Shown piece by piece: positions 43,870 through 53,043 of a DNA stretch of 56,496 bases. The DNA comes from Alphaproteobacteria bacterium (GTDB lineage Bacteria; Pseudomonadota; Alphaproteobacteria; JAEUKQ01), in assembly GCA_044227605.1 (NCBI GenBank), contig JBGAWJ010000002.1, forward strand, positions 1 to 56,496, given 5' to 3'. A program made the position numbers and the translations under genes. Under the pieces are notes generated by a model, which saw nothing but the letters and a program-made list of their open reading frames with translations, did not search any database and was not told where the DNA came from. Position 1 is the stretch's first letter; every line of letters begins with the position of its first letter.

Positions 43870-44997
43870 TTAAGATTTTTTCCAGCTATTCACATAAGCC
43901 AAGTTTTCAATATCTTTGGTTGATGCCCCTGTTTCTAGGGCATCACGTGTATCGATCATCACGGCATATTCGTCGGTTGCCGGTTTTTTTTGCACCAACA
44001 TATTTTGCAAAGCCTTGGGGTGTGGCCCATGCGTGAAGCCGCAGGGATGGAAGGTTATCATGCCTGCTTTAATGTTATCCCGGCTGAAAAAATCACCGGC
44101 ATGATAAAACAGCACTTCATCATAATCATCATTATTATGGAAGAAGGGAATCTTAATGGCATCAGGGGCGCTTTCAAAGGGACGTGGCGCAAAGGTGCAA
44201 ACAACAAAGCGGTTGGCTACAAAAGTGGTGTGGGCGGAGGGGGGCAAATGATAGCGGTGGCTTATCAGGGGGCGGATATCGGCCACATTGATCCGCACCG
44301 GTGCCAAATCACCTTTCCAACCCATTGCGTCCAAGGGGTTGAAGGGATAGGTAACGGTTGAAATCAATTGCCGCCGTTTAATCCGCACTTGCCATTTTTT
44401 TTCATCTTGCTGTGTCCGGAAAGCCTCATCAATGGCTGGCACATCTAGCATTGCCGGATCGAAGATAGCATGGGCGCCAACCAAGCCTTTTTCTGGTAAC
44501 TGATAACTACTGTTGGTGGCTTCAATCAACAATAGTTTTATCCCACTGCCCTGAGGTTCCAGCCGCCACATGGTGCTGCGGGGGATCATCACATAATCGC
44601 CAGCCCGGATGCTTAAATGGCCGAAATCACAATATAATTCAGCATTACCTTCGTGGATGAACAGCAACTCATCGCCATCACCATTTCGCACCAAATGATC
44701 CATTTTTTGGGATAAATGCCAAAAACGCAGGCGGACATTGGCATTGAATAAAATATCAGGTGCCTGCCACGGACAGGAAATTGAGCCTGATAATTTATTC
44801 AAATCAAAAGCCCTTGGGCGTAGCGGCCCTTCCCAATCAATCCAACCGGTCGGGGGGTGCTTATGATACATATGGCTGGCTGGGCCGAAGAAACCCTCTT
44901 TGCCGATTTCCCGCTCATAAGAGCCTTCGGGCAAATTCGCATGGGCTTGGCGAGAGGTGATGCCGGCACGTACCGGAAAAGGGATATAATTTTTCAT
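43870..44997 (-). CDS. hmgA: Homogentisate 1,2-dioxygenase-like cupin (short form)
   Basis: 375 aa. The C-terminal metal-site pattern FFHNNDDYDEVLF...FHPCGFTHGPHP resembles the HGD FHRN..SEF...H...PHGP. Adjacent to the FAH gene. Confidence 0.65.
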   Translation of the reverse strand: MKNYIPFPVRAGITSRQAHANLPEGSYEREIGKEGFFGPASHMYHKHPPTGWIDWEGPLRPRAFDLNKLSGSISCPWQAPDILFNANVRLRFWHLSQKMDHLVRNGDGDELLFIHEGNAELYCDFGHLSIRAGDYVMIPRSTMWRLEPQGSGIKLLLIEATNSSYQLPEKGLVGAHAIFDPAMLDVPAIDEAFRTQQDEKKWQVRIKRRQLISTVTYPFNPLDAMGWKGDLAPVRINVADIRPLISHRYHLPPSAHTTFVANRFVVCTFAPRPFESAPDAIKIPFFHNNDDYDEVLFYHAGDFFSRDNIKAGMITFHPCGFTHGPHPKALQNMLVQKKPATDEYAVMIDTRDALETGASTKDIENLAYVNSWKKS

Positions 44998-45083
44998 TGA
45001 TCAACCAGGAATTAAAGAGATGAATGTACGAGCGGTTTTTACCATCATCGTCCCTATCTTAGGGATAAATATAAAAGGGGGCT

Positions 45084-45470
45084 TTAGGGATTATTTTTGA
45101 TCGATTCCCATAAACCTATTGTATTGCCCTCGGTATCTTTAATGCGCGCATAATAGCCGAAATTACCAACATTTTGCTTCGGCAGCACCACTTTGCCACC
45201 GCTGCTTGCCACTTTTTTCAAGGCGCCGTCAATCGATTTGACGTCGATTACGACCAATGGGTAAGCGGCGGTTGCATCTCTGGCCATCAGGCCGCCATTA
45301 ATCTTGCCGGGTTCCTTCGGGCGTCCTTTTTGGTCGCCTTCCGTCGTCATAGCCATGACATAATCCATTCCCGGAATTTCCTGGAATTGCCAACCAAACA
45401 TGGTTTGATAAAATTTCTTTGCCCGTTCTTTATTATCGAACACTACTTCAAAATGCGAGACCGAATCCAT
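45084..45470 (-). CDS. VOC (glyoxalase/bleomycin-resistance) family protein
   Basis: 128 aa from ATG 45470 (MDSVSHFEVVFDNKERAKKFYQTMFGWQF...GLWESI), typical of a single-domain VOC protein. Confidence 0.75.
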   Translation of the reverse strand: MDSVSHFEVVFDNKERAKKFYQTMFGWQFQEIPGMDYVMAMTTEGDQKGRPKEPGKINGGLMARDATAAYPLVVIDVKSIDGALKKVASSGGKVVLPKQNVGNFGYYARIKDTEGNTIGLWESIKNNP

Positions 45471-45638
45471 TATTTCCCCCAGTTTTTTGAATAATTTTTT
45501 TGACCGCTCCATCGATTGTGCAAAAATACAGGATGAAGATGACGAGATTATATCACTGGAAAATAAGAGATCAAACCTAATCCGCACTAAAAATGGGAAA
45601 ACTTGTATTGGGATATCATGAACATCGAGGCAGTTATA

Positions 45639-46793
45639 TTAATGGGCGACTACAGCGGCTTGCAACGCTTGTTGAACCAGCTGTTCCCGCTTTTGACGCA
45701 CGCTATCCGATTTCAACTGTCCGCAAGCAGCCATGATATCTTCCCCCCGGGGGGTGCGGACAGGGGAAGCGTAACCGGCATCAAAAATGATGTGGCTGAA
45801 ACGCTGGATGGCTTCATCGGTTGAACGTTCAAAAGGTGCGCCAGGCCAGGGGTTAAAAGGGATCAAATTGACCTTGGCCGGAATGCCATGGATCAGGCGC
45901 ACCAATTCCTTGGCCTCAGCTGCCGAATCATTAATATCTTTCAGCATCACATATTCAAAGGTAATCCGGCGGACATTGCTGAGGCTTGGATAATTCCGGC
46001 AGGCATTTAATAATTCTTTGATGGGATATTTTTTATTGATGGGGACCAAATGATCGCGCAATTCATCATTCACAGCGTGCAGCGAAATCGCCAAATTTAC
46101 ATTCAATTCTGCTCCACATCGCTCAATCAGGGGCACAACACCTGCGGTTGATAAGGTAATGCGCCGCCGTGATAAAGAAATGCCTTCGCCATCCATCACG
46201 ATCAACAGGGCTTTGGCAACATTTTCATAATTATATAAGGGCTCCCCCATCCCCATCATGACTATATTGGATAACAAACGTCCCTCGGCAGGTGAAGGCC
46301 ATTCCTGCAATTGGTCGCGCGCATTAAGGATCTGGCCGACGATCTCCGCAGTTGAAAGGTTGCGGACCAGCCGCTGCGTTCCCGTGTGGCAAAATTTACA
46401 AGTCAAGGTGCAGCCCACCTGGGATGAAACACATAAGGTACCTCGGTCTTCCTCCGGGATGTAAACCGATTCAATTTCCTGGCCGTCCGCCATTTTCAAC
46501 AACCATTTGCGGGTGCCATCTTTGGAATCAAGGGATCTGCTGACTGCGGGCCTGCTGATAACAAAATGTTGCAGCAGCAGTGTACGCACCTCCTTGGATA
46601 GATTGTTCATCCCGCTAAAATCGGTTAACCCTTGATGATAAATCCAATGCCATAATTGTTTGGCGCGAAAAGCGGGCAAACCGATTGCCGCAACCGCCGC
46701 AATCATTTCATCTCGGTTGAGGCCAACCAAATTCACCCGCCCATCCGGTGTCCGGGTGGGGGCGAATTGAGCGGCGTGACTGGTTGTACCCAT
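45639..46793 (-). CDS. rlmN: 23S rRNA/tRNA (adenine-C2)-methyltransferase, radical SAM
   Basis: [16 protein letters not shown] cluster motif, GMGEPL, and C-terminal ACGQL. Confidence 0.95.
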   Translation of the reverse strand: MGTTSHAAQFAPTRTPDGRVNLVGLNRDEMIAAVAAIGLPAFRAKQLWHWIYHQGLTDFSGMNNLSKEVRTLLLQHFVISRPAVSRSLDSKDGTRKWLLKMADGQEIESVYIPEEDRGTLCVSSQVGCTLTCKFCHTGTQRLVRNLSTAEIVGQILNARDQLQEWPSPAEGRLLSNIVMMGMGEPLYNYENVAKALLIVMDGEGISLSRRRITLSTAGVVPLIERCGAELNVNLAISLHAVNDELRDHLVPINKKYPIKELLNACRNYPSLSNVRRITFEYVMLKDINDSAAEAKELVRLIHGIPAKVNLIPFNPWPGAPFERSTDEAIQRFSHIIFDAGYASPVRTPRGEDIMAACGQLKSDSVRQKREQLVQQALQAAVVAH

Positions 46794-46941
46794 GATATAT
46801 CCAATAATTAAGGGATGAAAAGCGACTTGATCGCAGCCGCTTGCTTTTCATTGACATACGCATCTTATCATACAGAACAGGCCATATCAATATGGCCTGC
46901 TGGTTAACTTAAAAATGTCATAGATAAAGGTCTAAAGGAAC

Positions 46942-47490
46942 TTAACGACTGACGTTACAAGCGGTGTTGATGGCGGCGTAGGCTTTAGAAAAACCCGTCA
47001 ACGAAAAGGTATCGCGGGTTTTGGTGTTGCGTGATGAAATGCCTAAAACAGTTAAATTTTTACCTTTGCGCATATTATCCACCAAAATCTTATCCCCAGC
47101 GGCATCTTTCACCCAGGCTTTGTCATCTTGGGTAAATAAAATATGTTTAGACCCCCCATCCACTTGGATGGTCACTTCGCTGCCTAGTTTATAAGGGTAA
47201 CCCGTAAACATCGTGACGGTATCTATGCTGTTGGCCGCGGGTCGGTGGGTGATCATCAAATACACTCGTCCCCGGTTGCTGTAGCTGCCTTCAATCGCTT
47301 CTGATTTGGCAGCATCACTCATCATAAAACAGCCAATTTTGCCATTTTCATCAAAGGAAGCTGCTTGCCAATTGTCAAATTTGCCTAAATCAGTCATCGT
47401 CGGTTTGGTTGCTGGTTGCTGGGCAACCACGGCCAAAGAAAACAAAATTGCTGATAATCCGGCGAGTGAGGCGAATCCAAATTTTTTCAT
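46942..47490 (-). CDS. Invasion-associated locus B (IalB)-like periplasmic protein
   Basis: 182 aa with a signal peptide and two Cys. The W..A.....C pattern and the position next to rlmN are as in many alphaproteobacteria. Family call made from memory. Confidence 0.55.
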   Translation of the reverse strand: MKKFGFASLAGLSAILFSLAVVAQQPATKPTMTDLGKFDNWQAASFDENGKIGCFMMSDAAKSEAIEGSYSNRGRVYLMITHRPAANSIDTVTMFTGYPYKLGSEVTIQVDGGSKHILFTQDDKAWVKDAAGDKILVDNMRKGKNLTVLGISSRNTKTRDTFSLTGFSKAYAAINTACNVSR

Positions 47491-47740
47491 AACAGATATA
47501 CTCCTGGGTTATTCTATTCCTCAAGTCTCAAGGCAAATCAGGTATCGTGGTGATAAAATCAGTTTATACCCAATTTAGTCTGATAAGACTAAGGTTTTTC
47601 CAAATGATAAAAAACGATAATAAGATTCCCTGGTAAAAGCAACTTGTTCGCAGTACAAATTATTTTATTTTTGCCAAGCAACGCGCTAGGATGATTAACG
47701 ACGCAATAAAGAAACGGAACTGTCTTATAAAGGATACCGC

Positions 47741-48751
47741 ATGAAAGTTGAGAAGCGCAAAACCAGCCATCATCCCTTATCGATTGAAGTAACCCGAGGA
47801 GATATGGTTGAAAGCCTGCATCAGGTTGATGCGGCTGTTGTTGATTGGCAAGGCAAATTGGTGAAGGGCTGGGGGGATGTCCACAAGATAGTCTATGCGC
47901 GTTCATCTCTTAAACCCCTGCAAGCCATTCCCTTAGTTGAAAGTGGGGCGGCGGCCCATTATGCCTTGGAGGATAAGGAAATTGCTTTGGCCTGTGCCTC
48001 GCATGAAGGGGAAGACATCCATGTGGAAACGGTGGCCAGTTGGTTGCGAAAAATCGGCTGTCAGGAAAATGACCTGGCTTGCGGTATCCATGCTCCTTAT
48101 TATCCGGCGGCGGCCGAAAAATTAATCCGGGAAAACCGTAAACCCAGCCCGATGCACAATAATTGCTCCGGCAAACATACGGGATTTTTGTCAACCGCTC
48201 GTTTTTATCGGGAATCTTTAAAAGGGTATGTTGATTACAACCATCCCGTTCAGCAACGAATCGTGCAAGTTTTGGAGGAAATGACGGGGGTTTGCCTCAC
48301 GCAAGCACCCAAAGGCATTGATGGCTGCGGCATTCCCGTTATCGGCATTCCCTTATTTGAAACAGCTTACGCCATGGCGCGGATGGCCAATCCGGCCGAT
48401 TTAGCGATAAGCCGTCAGCAGGCCATTCAAAAAATCACCCAGGCGATCCGGCAGCATCCCTTAATGATTGGCGGGCATGGCCGTTTTTGTAGCATCTTGA
48501 CTGAGCAGTTACAAGAGCGCGGTTTTGTCAAAGTGGGGGCGGAAGGGGTTTATATTGCTGTGCTACCGCAAAAGGGCTTGGGTATTGCCTTGAAAGCGGC
48601 GGATGGGGCCATCAGGGCTGCGGAAATGGCGTTGGTTAAAATTTTGCTGGATTTGCAGATTTTAAATCAGAAAGATATAGAACCGCTTGAAAAATTCATC
48701 CATCCTGTCATCAAAAACCGGGCAGGGCTGAAGGTCGGCGAAATAAGGTAA
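47741..48751 (+). CDS. Asparaginase family protein (Rhizobium etli type, L-asparaginase II)
   Basis: 336 aa. YARSSLKPLQA, CASHEGE, NNCSGKHTGFL and VKVGAEGV motifs. Confidence 0.8.
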   Translation: MKVEKRKTSHHPLSIEVTRGDMVESLHQVDAAVVDWQGKLVKGWGDVHKIVYARSSLKPLQAIPLVESGAAAHYALEDKEIALACASHEGEDIHVETVASWLRKIGCQENDLACGIHAPYYPAAAEKLIRENRKPSPMHNNCSGKHTGFLSTARFYRESLKGYVDYNHPVQQRIVQVLEEMTGVCLTQAPKGIDGCGIPVIGIPLFETAYAMARMANPADLAISRQQAIQKITQAIRQHPLMIGGHGRFCSILTEQLQERGFVKVGAEGVYIAVLPQKGLGIALKAADGAIRAAEMALVKILLDLQILNQKDIEPLEKFIHPVIKNRAGLKVGEIR

Positions 48752-48831
48752 GGATAGATGCATGATCAGCAAAACAGAAAAAAGATGGCAAGAAGTTAAG
48801 CCAATGATCCAAGAATATTTACAATCCGGCC

Positions 48832-49458
48832 ATGATTACTTTTTTTTTAAACCGATTGGTCAGTTTTTTATATCCGCCAGAGGTTTTTTTTAGGTCTCAT
48901 ACCGATATCGAGGCTTCGCAAACGCCGGTAAGGGATATAAACCTTATAGTCAGGATCATGGAGGATTTTGGCACTGATACCCAGATAATAGGCTTATGTG
49001 CGAGCTTTATTGATCATCATTTATTAAGGGCGGGTAGACAAAAAAGACAAAAAATTTATCCGCTGATTTTACGGTTGATTGAAAAATATCAGGACGTGGA
49101 AAAGGTTGCAAGCGTTCCTGAGGATAGATCTCTCCAAGCAAAGCGTTGTCTCTTGGTTGCTTTAACGAATGCTGTGGATGTCTTGCCTAATGATATTTTA
49201 AAACATGATCTGAACGTATATCGTTTTATTATCACTTGTTTGCAGGATTTACGGGAGCCAGGATCCGATCAGGATCCAGTGATTCTCTTTTTAAAAGAAA
49301 TTTTGGGTGTTAAGGGGCATCAATTCTTAGCGTTAGAGCAACGGCAGGAAATCATCCGCCTTTTATTGGATGTGAACCCCCATCGACTTATTTCTTACAG
49401 CCAAGAAGATATAACCTCTTTGATACAAGCATTCTCCAAGATAGATCAACCTTCGTAA
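48832..49458 (+). CDS. Hypothetical helical protein (orphan)
   Basis: 208-codon ORF predicted to be all-helical, with no TM segment. A possible N-terminal extension lies in another frame across a T9 tract (see findings). Confidence 0.5.
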   Translation: MITFFLNRLVSFLYPPEVFFRSHTDIEASQTPVRDINLIVRIMEDFGTDTQIIGLCASFIDHHLLRAGRQKRQKIYPLILRLIEKYQDVEKVASVPEDRSLQAKRCLLVALTNAVDVLPNDILKHDLNVYRFIITCLQDLREPGSDQDPVILFLKEILGVKGHQFLALEQRQEIIRLLLDVNPHRLISYSQEDITSLIQAFSKIDQPS

Positions 49459-49584
49459 AGACATTAGAATTTTAGAGGTTTTCAAAGCCTAGGCTGGACA
49501 TTTTGGCAAACGGCGTTATGGTAGGCCCAATCGGGCAAATGAATAATGATATGCCCTTGGATCTTAATTGTAGGAATAGGATAG

Positions 49585-50151
49585 ATGTTCAGGAAATCCG
49601 GTCTTTTTTTTAGGCACTGGTTGAAGACACCGAAAAGCGTCGGCGCCATTGTTCCCAGCAGCGACGCGCTCGCAGCTGCCATGGCGCGCGGTGTCCCTAA
49701 AAGAGACGGTTATGTGATTGAATTGGGCGGTGGGACAGGGGTTATCACGCAAGGGTTATTAAACAGCGGCATTAAACCAGAAAAATTAATTGTAGTCGAA
49801 CGCGATCCCTTATTTCATGATTTGCTGGTTAAGCGTTTTCCAAAGCTCAACATCATCAAAGGAAATGCCACGGATTTGCAAAGCTTAGTTCGCCCTTTAG
49901 GGGTTAATGAGGCGATTGCTGTTGTTTCGGGACTACCCTTGATTGGTATGCCGAAACCCGTTCAGCACCAAATCATGAATGAATCAAAGGCGTTGATGGG
50001 CGCAGAATCGCCGTTTATTCAATTCACCTACAGCCTTTTCTGCCCGCTGGACCGCGAGGGTTTCAAAATCCACGGCCGCCGCTTAGAGCGGGTTTTCAAC
50101 AATATTCCGCCAGCCTCAGTATGGGCTTATTATAAAAATCCGAGCACCTAA
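49585..50151 (+). CDS. pmtA: Class I SAM-dependent methyltransferase, phospholipid N-methyltransferase (PmtA)-like
   Basis: 188 aa. N-terminal FFRHWLKTPKSVGAIVPSS and SAM motif I VIELGGGTGVIT resemble rhizobial PmtA. Confidence 0.6.
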   Translation: MFRKSGLFFRHWLKTPKSVGAIVPSSDALAAAMARGVPKRDGYVIELGGGTGVITQGLLNSGIKPEKLIVVERDPLFHDLLVKRFPKLNIIKGNATDLQSLVRPLGVNEAIAVVSGLPLIGMPKPVQHQIMNESKALMGAESPFIQFTYSLFCPLDREGFKIHGRRLERVFNNIPPASVWAYYKNPST

Positions 50152-50200
50152 GGCAATTACCCGGTTCTATCAGCGGCCTAGCATGAAAGCGCCTGGTTTT

Positions 50201-51568
50201 TTAACTTCCAGCAACCATTAAACTGTCAACCAGCAGGGTTGGCGAGTTGACGCGGTAATTAAAGCTTAAATCATTGGCAACGATGAGATTGCGGAAGATT
50301 TCCTGCAAATTGCCAGCAACGGTCAATTCACTAACCGGATAGGCAATCGATCCGTTTTCAATCCAAAAACCAGTTGCACCCCGACTGTAATCGCCCGTGA
50401 TCAAATTAACCCCGTCACCGATTAATTCCGTCACATATAACCCGCTTTTTATGCCTTTAATCAGGCTTTCCGGGGTTACCGTTCCCGCTTCCAGATAAAA
50501 ATTGCTGATGCCAGCACTTGGCAGGGAAGAGGGGGCGCGCACCGCATGGCCGTTGGGCGTCATTTTTAATTGCCGTGCCGAACGTAAATCCAGGAGCCAA
50601 TCTGTCAGCACCCCTTTATCAATCATGGCTTGAGGTTTGCAGGGCAATCCTTCCGCATCAAACGGACGGGAGGCCAACCCTTTTTCCAGCAACGGGTGAT
50701 CCATGACCGTAACCGAGCTTGGGAAAATCTGCTGATGCAATTGGTTTTTTAAAAAACTGGTGCCACGTGCAATCGAGGCGCCGTGGATGGCCGCGGCCAA
50801 ATGCCCCAGAAAGCTGTTGGCGATTCGAGGGTGAAAAACCACTGGCATTTTGCCGGAATTGATCCGTTGTGGATTTAAACGGCGAACTGCCTGTTCTGCA
50901 GCTTTCCGGCCAATATCGCTAGGATGCTTCAAATCTTTGCCGAAAACCGTGGAGCTAAAATCATAATCTCGCTCCATCCCCTGACCGCTTTTGGCGATAA
51001 CAGCGACACTTAAGGAATGGCGGGTATTGCTGTAGGATTGTTGGAAACCGTTGCTGGCAGCAAAATGGGTGTTGGATTTGACCCAAGCACTTTCAGCCCC
51101 TTCGGAATTATCAATACCCTGAACAGATAAAGCCGCTTCTTCGCAAATTTGGGCACGCTCCCGAAGCTTGGAAATATCAGGCTCGACCGGATCAACCATC
51201 AACAAATTGGGTATTTTGGTAATCAACTGTGAGCTTGCCGCAAGCCCGCAATATGGATCTTCCGGTACCAGGTCAACCATGGCTAACCCTTGGTCAATTA
51301 GTTTTTTGATGTTAGACGTCGATATATCTGAGGTTGAAACGATCACCTGGCGCTTACCCTTAAACAAACGGATCCCCAAATCCATAGCTTCGGCGCGTTC
51401 CAGTTTTTCCAGTTTATTCATCCTTTGGCTGTACTGGACGGCGGTTGCCTCCACCAGCAAGAGATCCATCTGACCCGCCCCTGATTTTTTACCATAAGCT
51501 AAAGCTTCCGATAAAATATTGGGAAAAGATGGGGAGGGAAGATCAGTTTTTTTCGGTAATTTTGTCAT
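50201..51568 (-). CDS. pmbA: TldD/PmbA family metalloprotease
   Basis: 455 aa. C-terminal ...GDYSRGATGFWIENG...PVSELTVAGNL... is typical of PmbA. Confidence 0.88.
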   Translation of the reverse strand: MTKLPKKTDLPSPSFPNILSEALAYGKKSGAGQMDLLLVEATAVQYSQRMNKLEKLERAEAMDLGIRLFKGKRQVIVSTSDISTSNIKKLIDQGLAMVDLVPEDPYCGLAASSQLITKIPNLLMVDPVEPDISKLRERAQICEEAALSVQGIDNSEGAESAWVKSNTHFAASNGFQQSYSNTRHSLSVAVIAKSGQGMERDYDFSSTVFGKDLKHPSDIGRKAAEQAVRRLNPQRINSGKMPVVFHPRIANSFLGHLAAAIHGASIARGTSFLKNQLHQQIFPSSVTVMDHPLLEKGLASRPFDAEGLPCKPQAMIDKGVLTDWLLDLRSARQLKMTPNGHAVRAPSSLPSAGISNFYLEAGTVTPESLIKGIKSGLYVTELIGDGVNLITGDYSRGATGFWIENGSIAYPVSELTVAGNLQEIFRNLIVANDLSFNYRVNSPTLLVDSLMVAGS

Positions 51569-51768
51569 GAAATAAAGCCAATTAAAAGAGAGGTGAATAA
51601 AAGTTATCTTGGGATATTTTGGTCGCTAAGATCAAACAAAAGAAACTAGTATGTAAATTACCATAGTTGACGTCATAAAAGATACATAAGAAAAGACAGT
51701 GGCGTTTTCTAGGAAAGTTGCCCTATGCTATGATCGGTAACAATCTAATTTTTGTCTATAGGGTAAAC

Positions 51769-52437
51769 ATGAGCTGGCAAAAAATGAAGTGTTGGATTTT
51801 TGACTTGGATAATACGTTATATCCCGGAAATTTGCAGGTGATGCCAAGCATTTCTGGTCGCATCCAAGGGTTTATCAGCCAACATTTACAAATACCTATC
51901 GATGAAGCTGTAAAGCTGCAGGATCATTACTGGCAGCAATATGGCACGTCATTGCGGGGATTGATGTTGCATCAGAACGTATCCCCCCAGGATTTTTTGG
52001 ATTATGTCCACCGGGTTGATTTATCCGAACTTAATCCCACCCCCTCCTTACAAAAAATTTTGCGGCAATTGCCAGGTCCCAAATATGTTTTTACGAATAG
52101 TTCCGAACAACATGCGCAAGATGTTTTAGGAAAGTTAGCAATTGCGGATTGTTTTCAAGGGGTTTTTGATGTGAAACAGGCCAATTTTATCCCTAAACCC
52201 CAGCCGGAGGCCTATCAAATTTTTCTGAATAAATATAAAATTCCCCGTTGTCAGTCCGTTTTTTTCGAAGATACGGCAATTAACTTGCAACCAGCTGCGG
52301 GGCACGGTATGAAAACAGTCCTGATCACTACGTCCAAAGCAAAGGATAAAACGCCTATCCCCTATGTCCATCATTACATGCCGGATCTAGTGGAGGGGTT
52401 GCAGGGGGTCTTAGAAGTTATATCAGAGGAAAAATGA
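51769..52437 (+). CDS. Pyrimidine 5'-nucleotidase (HAD superfamily)
   Basis: HAD motif I WIFDLDNTLY, FTNS, KP.P.A, FFEDT. ATG 51769 is preferred over the ORF-track start. Confidence 0.8.
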   Translation: MSWQKMKCWIFDLDNTLYPGNLQVMPSISGRIQGFISQHLQIPIDEAVKLQDHYWQQYGTSLRGLMLHQNVSPQDFLDYVHRVDLSELNPTPSLQKILRQLPGPKYVFTNSSEQHAQDVLGKLAIADCFQGVFDVKQANFIPKPQPEAYQIFLNKYKIPRCQSVFFEDTAINLQPAAGHGMKTVLITTSKAKDKTPIPYVHHYMPDLVEGLQGVLEVISEEK

Positions 52438-52991
52438 GACATTATTTAAAGGGATTGCTTTTAATGCTGCAGGGGCGGGCAGAAGGGACGATGTTCTTTC
52501 CGCAAAACTTGACGGCTGCGAAACATTCTTTCCTTTTAGCTTTTTGGCTGACGCCATTATACCTTTATATGATGTACCGGTTGCAGATAGAGGCCAGTGC
52601 TGTTATCCCTGCGCTTGGTCCTTTTCTGATTATCCAAGCCAGCGCCTATACCCTTTATTGGGTTTTATACCCCCTGATTGTTTATTATTTGGCAAGATAT
52701 TTAGATCGCCCAGCTGCTTATCCGTCTTATATTATTATGTATAATTGGCTGAAAGCCGCACAAATCATCCTGCTTTCCTTGTTATGGGCAGTTGGCGAAG
52801 CCGGTTGGGTGAATGAATCCACTTTTATGGTTTTAAACACTGCCCTAATGGTTATCCTAGTGGTAGCAGAATGGAATATCATCCGTTTTGGCTTGCGGCT
52901 GGGCGGACTCATGCCACTAAATTTCCTGTTCTTAGAGGGTATCATCGGCCTATTAATTGCCGAAGTGGCCGAATCATTGCTACCTAACTAA
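52434..52991 (+). CDS. Hypothetical integral membrane protein
   Basis: 185 aa with about 5 hydrophobic helices. Its start overlaps the upstream stop (ATGA). No family recognised. Confidence 0.55.
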   Translation: MRHYLKGLLLMLQGRAEGTMFFPQNLTAAKHSFLLAFWLTPLYLYMMYRLQIEASAVIPALGPFLIIQASAYTLYWVLYPLIVYYLARYLDRPAAYPSYIIMYNWLKAAQIILLSLLWAVGEAGWVNESTFMVLNTALMVILVVAEWNIIRFGLRLGGLMPLNFLFLEGIIGLLIAEVAESLLPN

Positions 52992-53043
52992 AAACAGCCG
53001 CAAGCAATGCTAAAGGGGTGTTTCCAATAGGGAAGAGTGGCAC

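Noticed and set aside
47589-47906. 105-aa minus-strand ORF across the asparaginase start
   Set aside because: It is antisense to the conserved asparaginase N-terminus and extends into the divergent promoter region. No motif.
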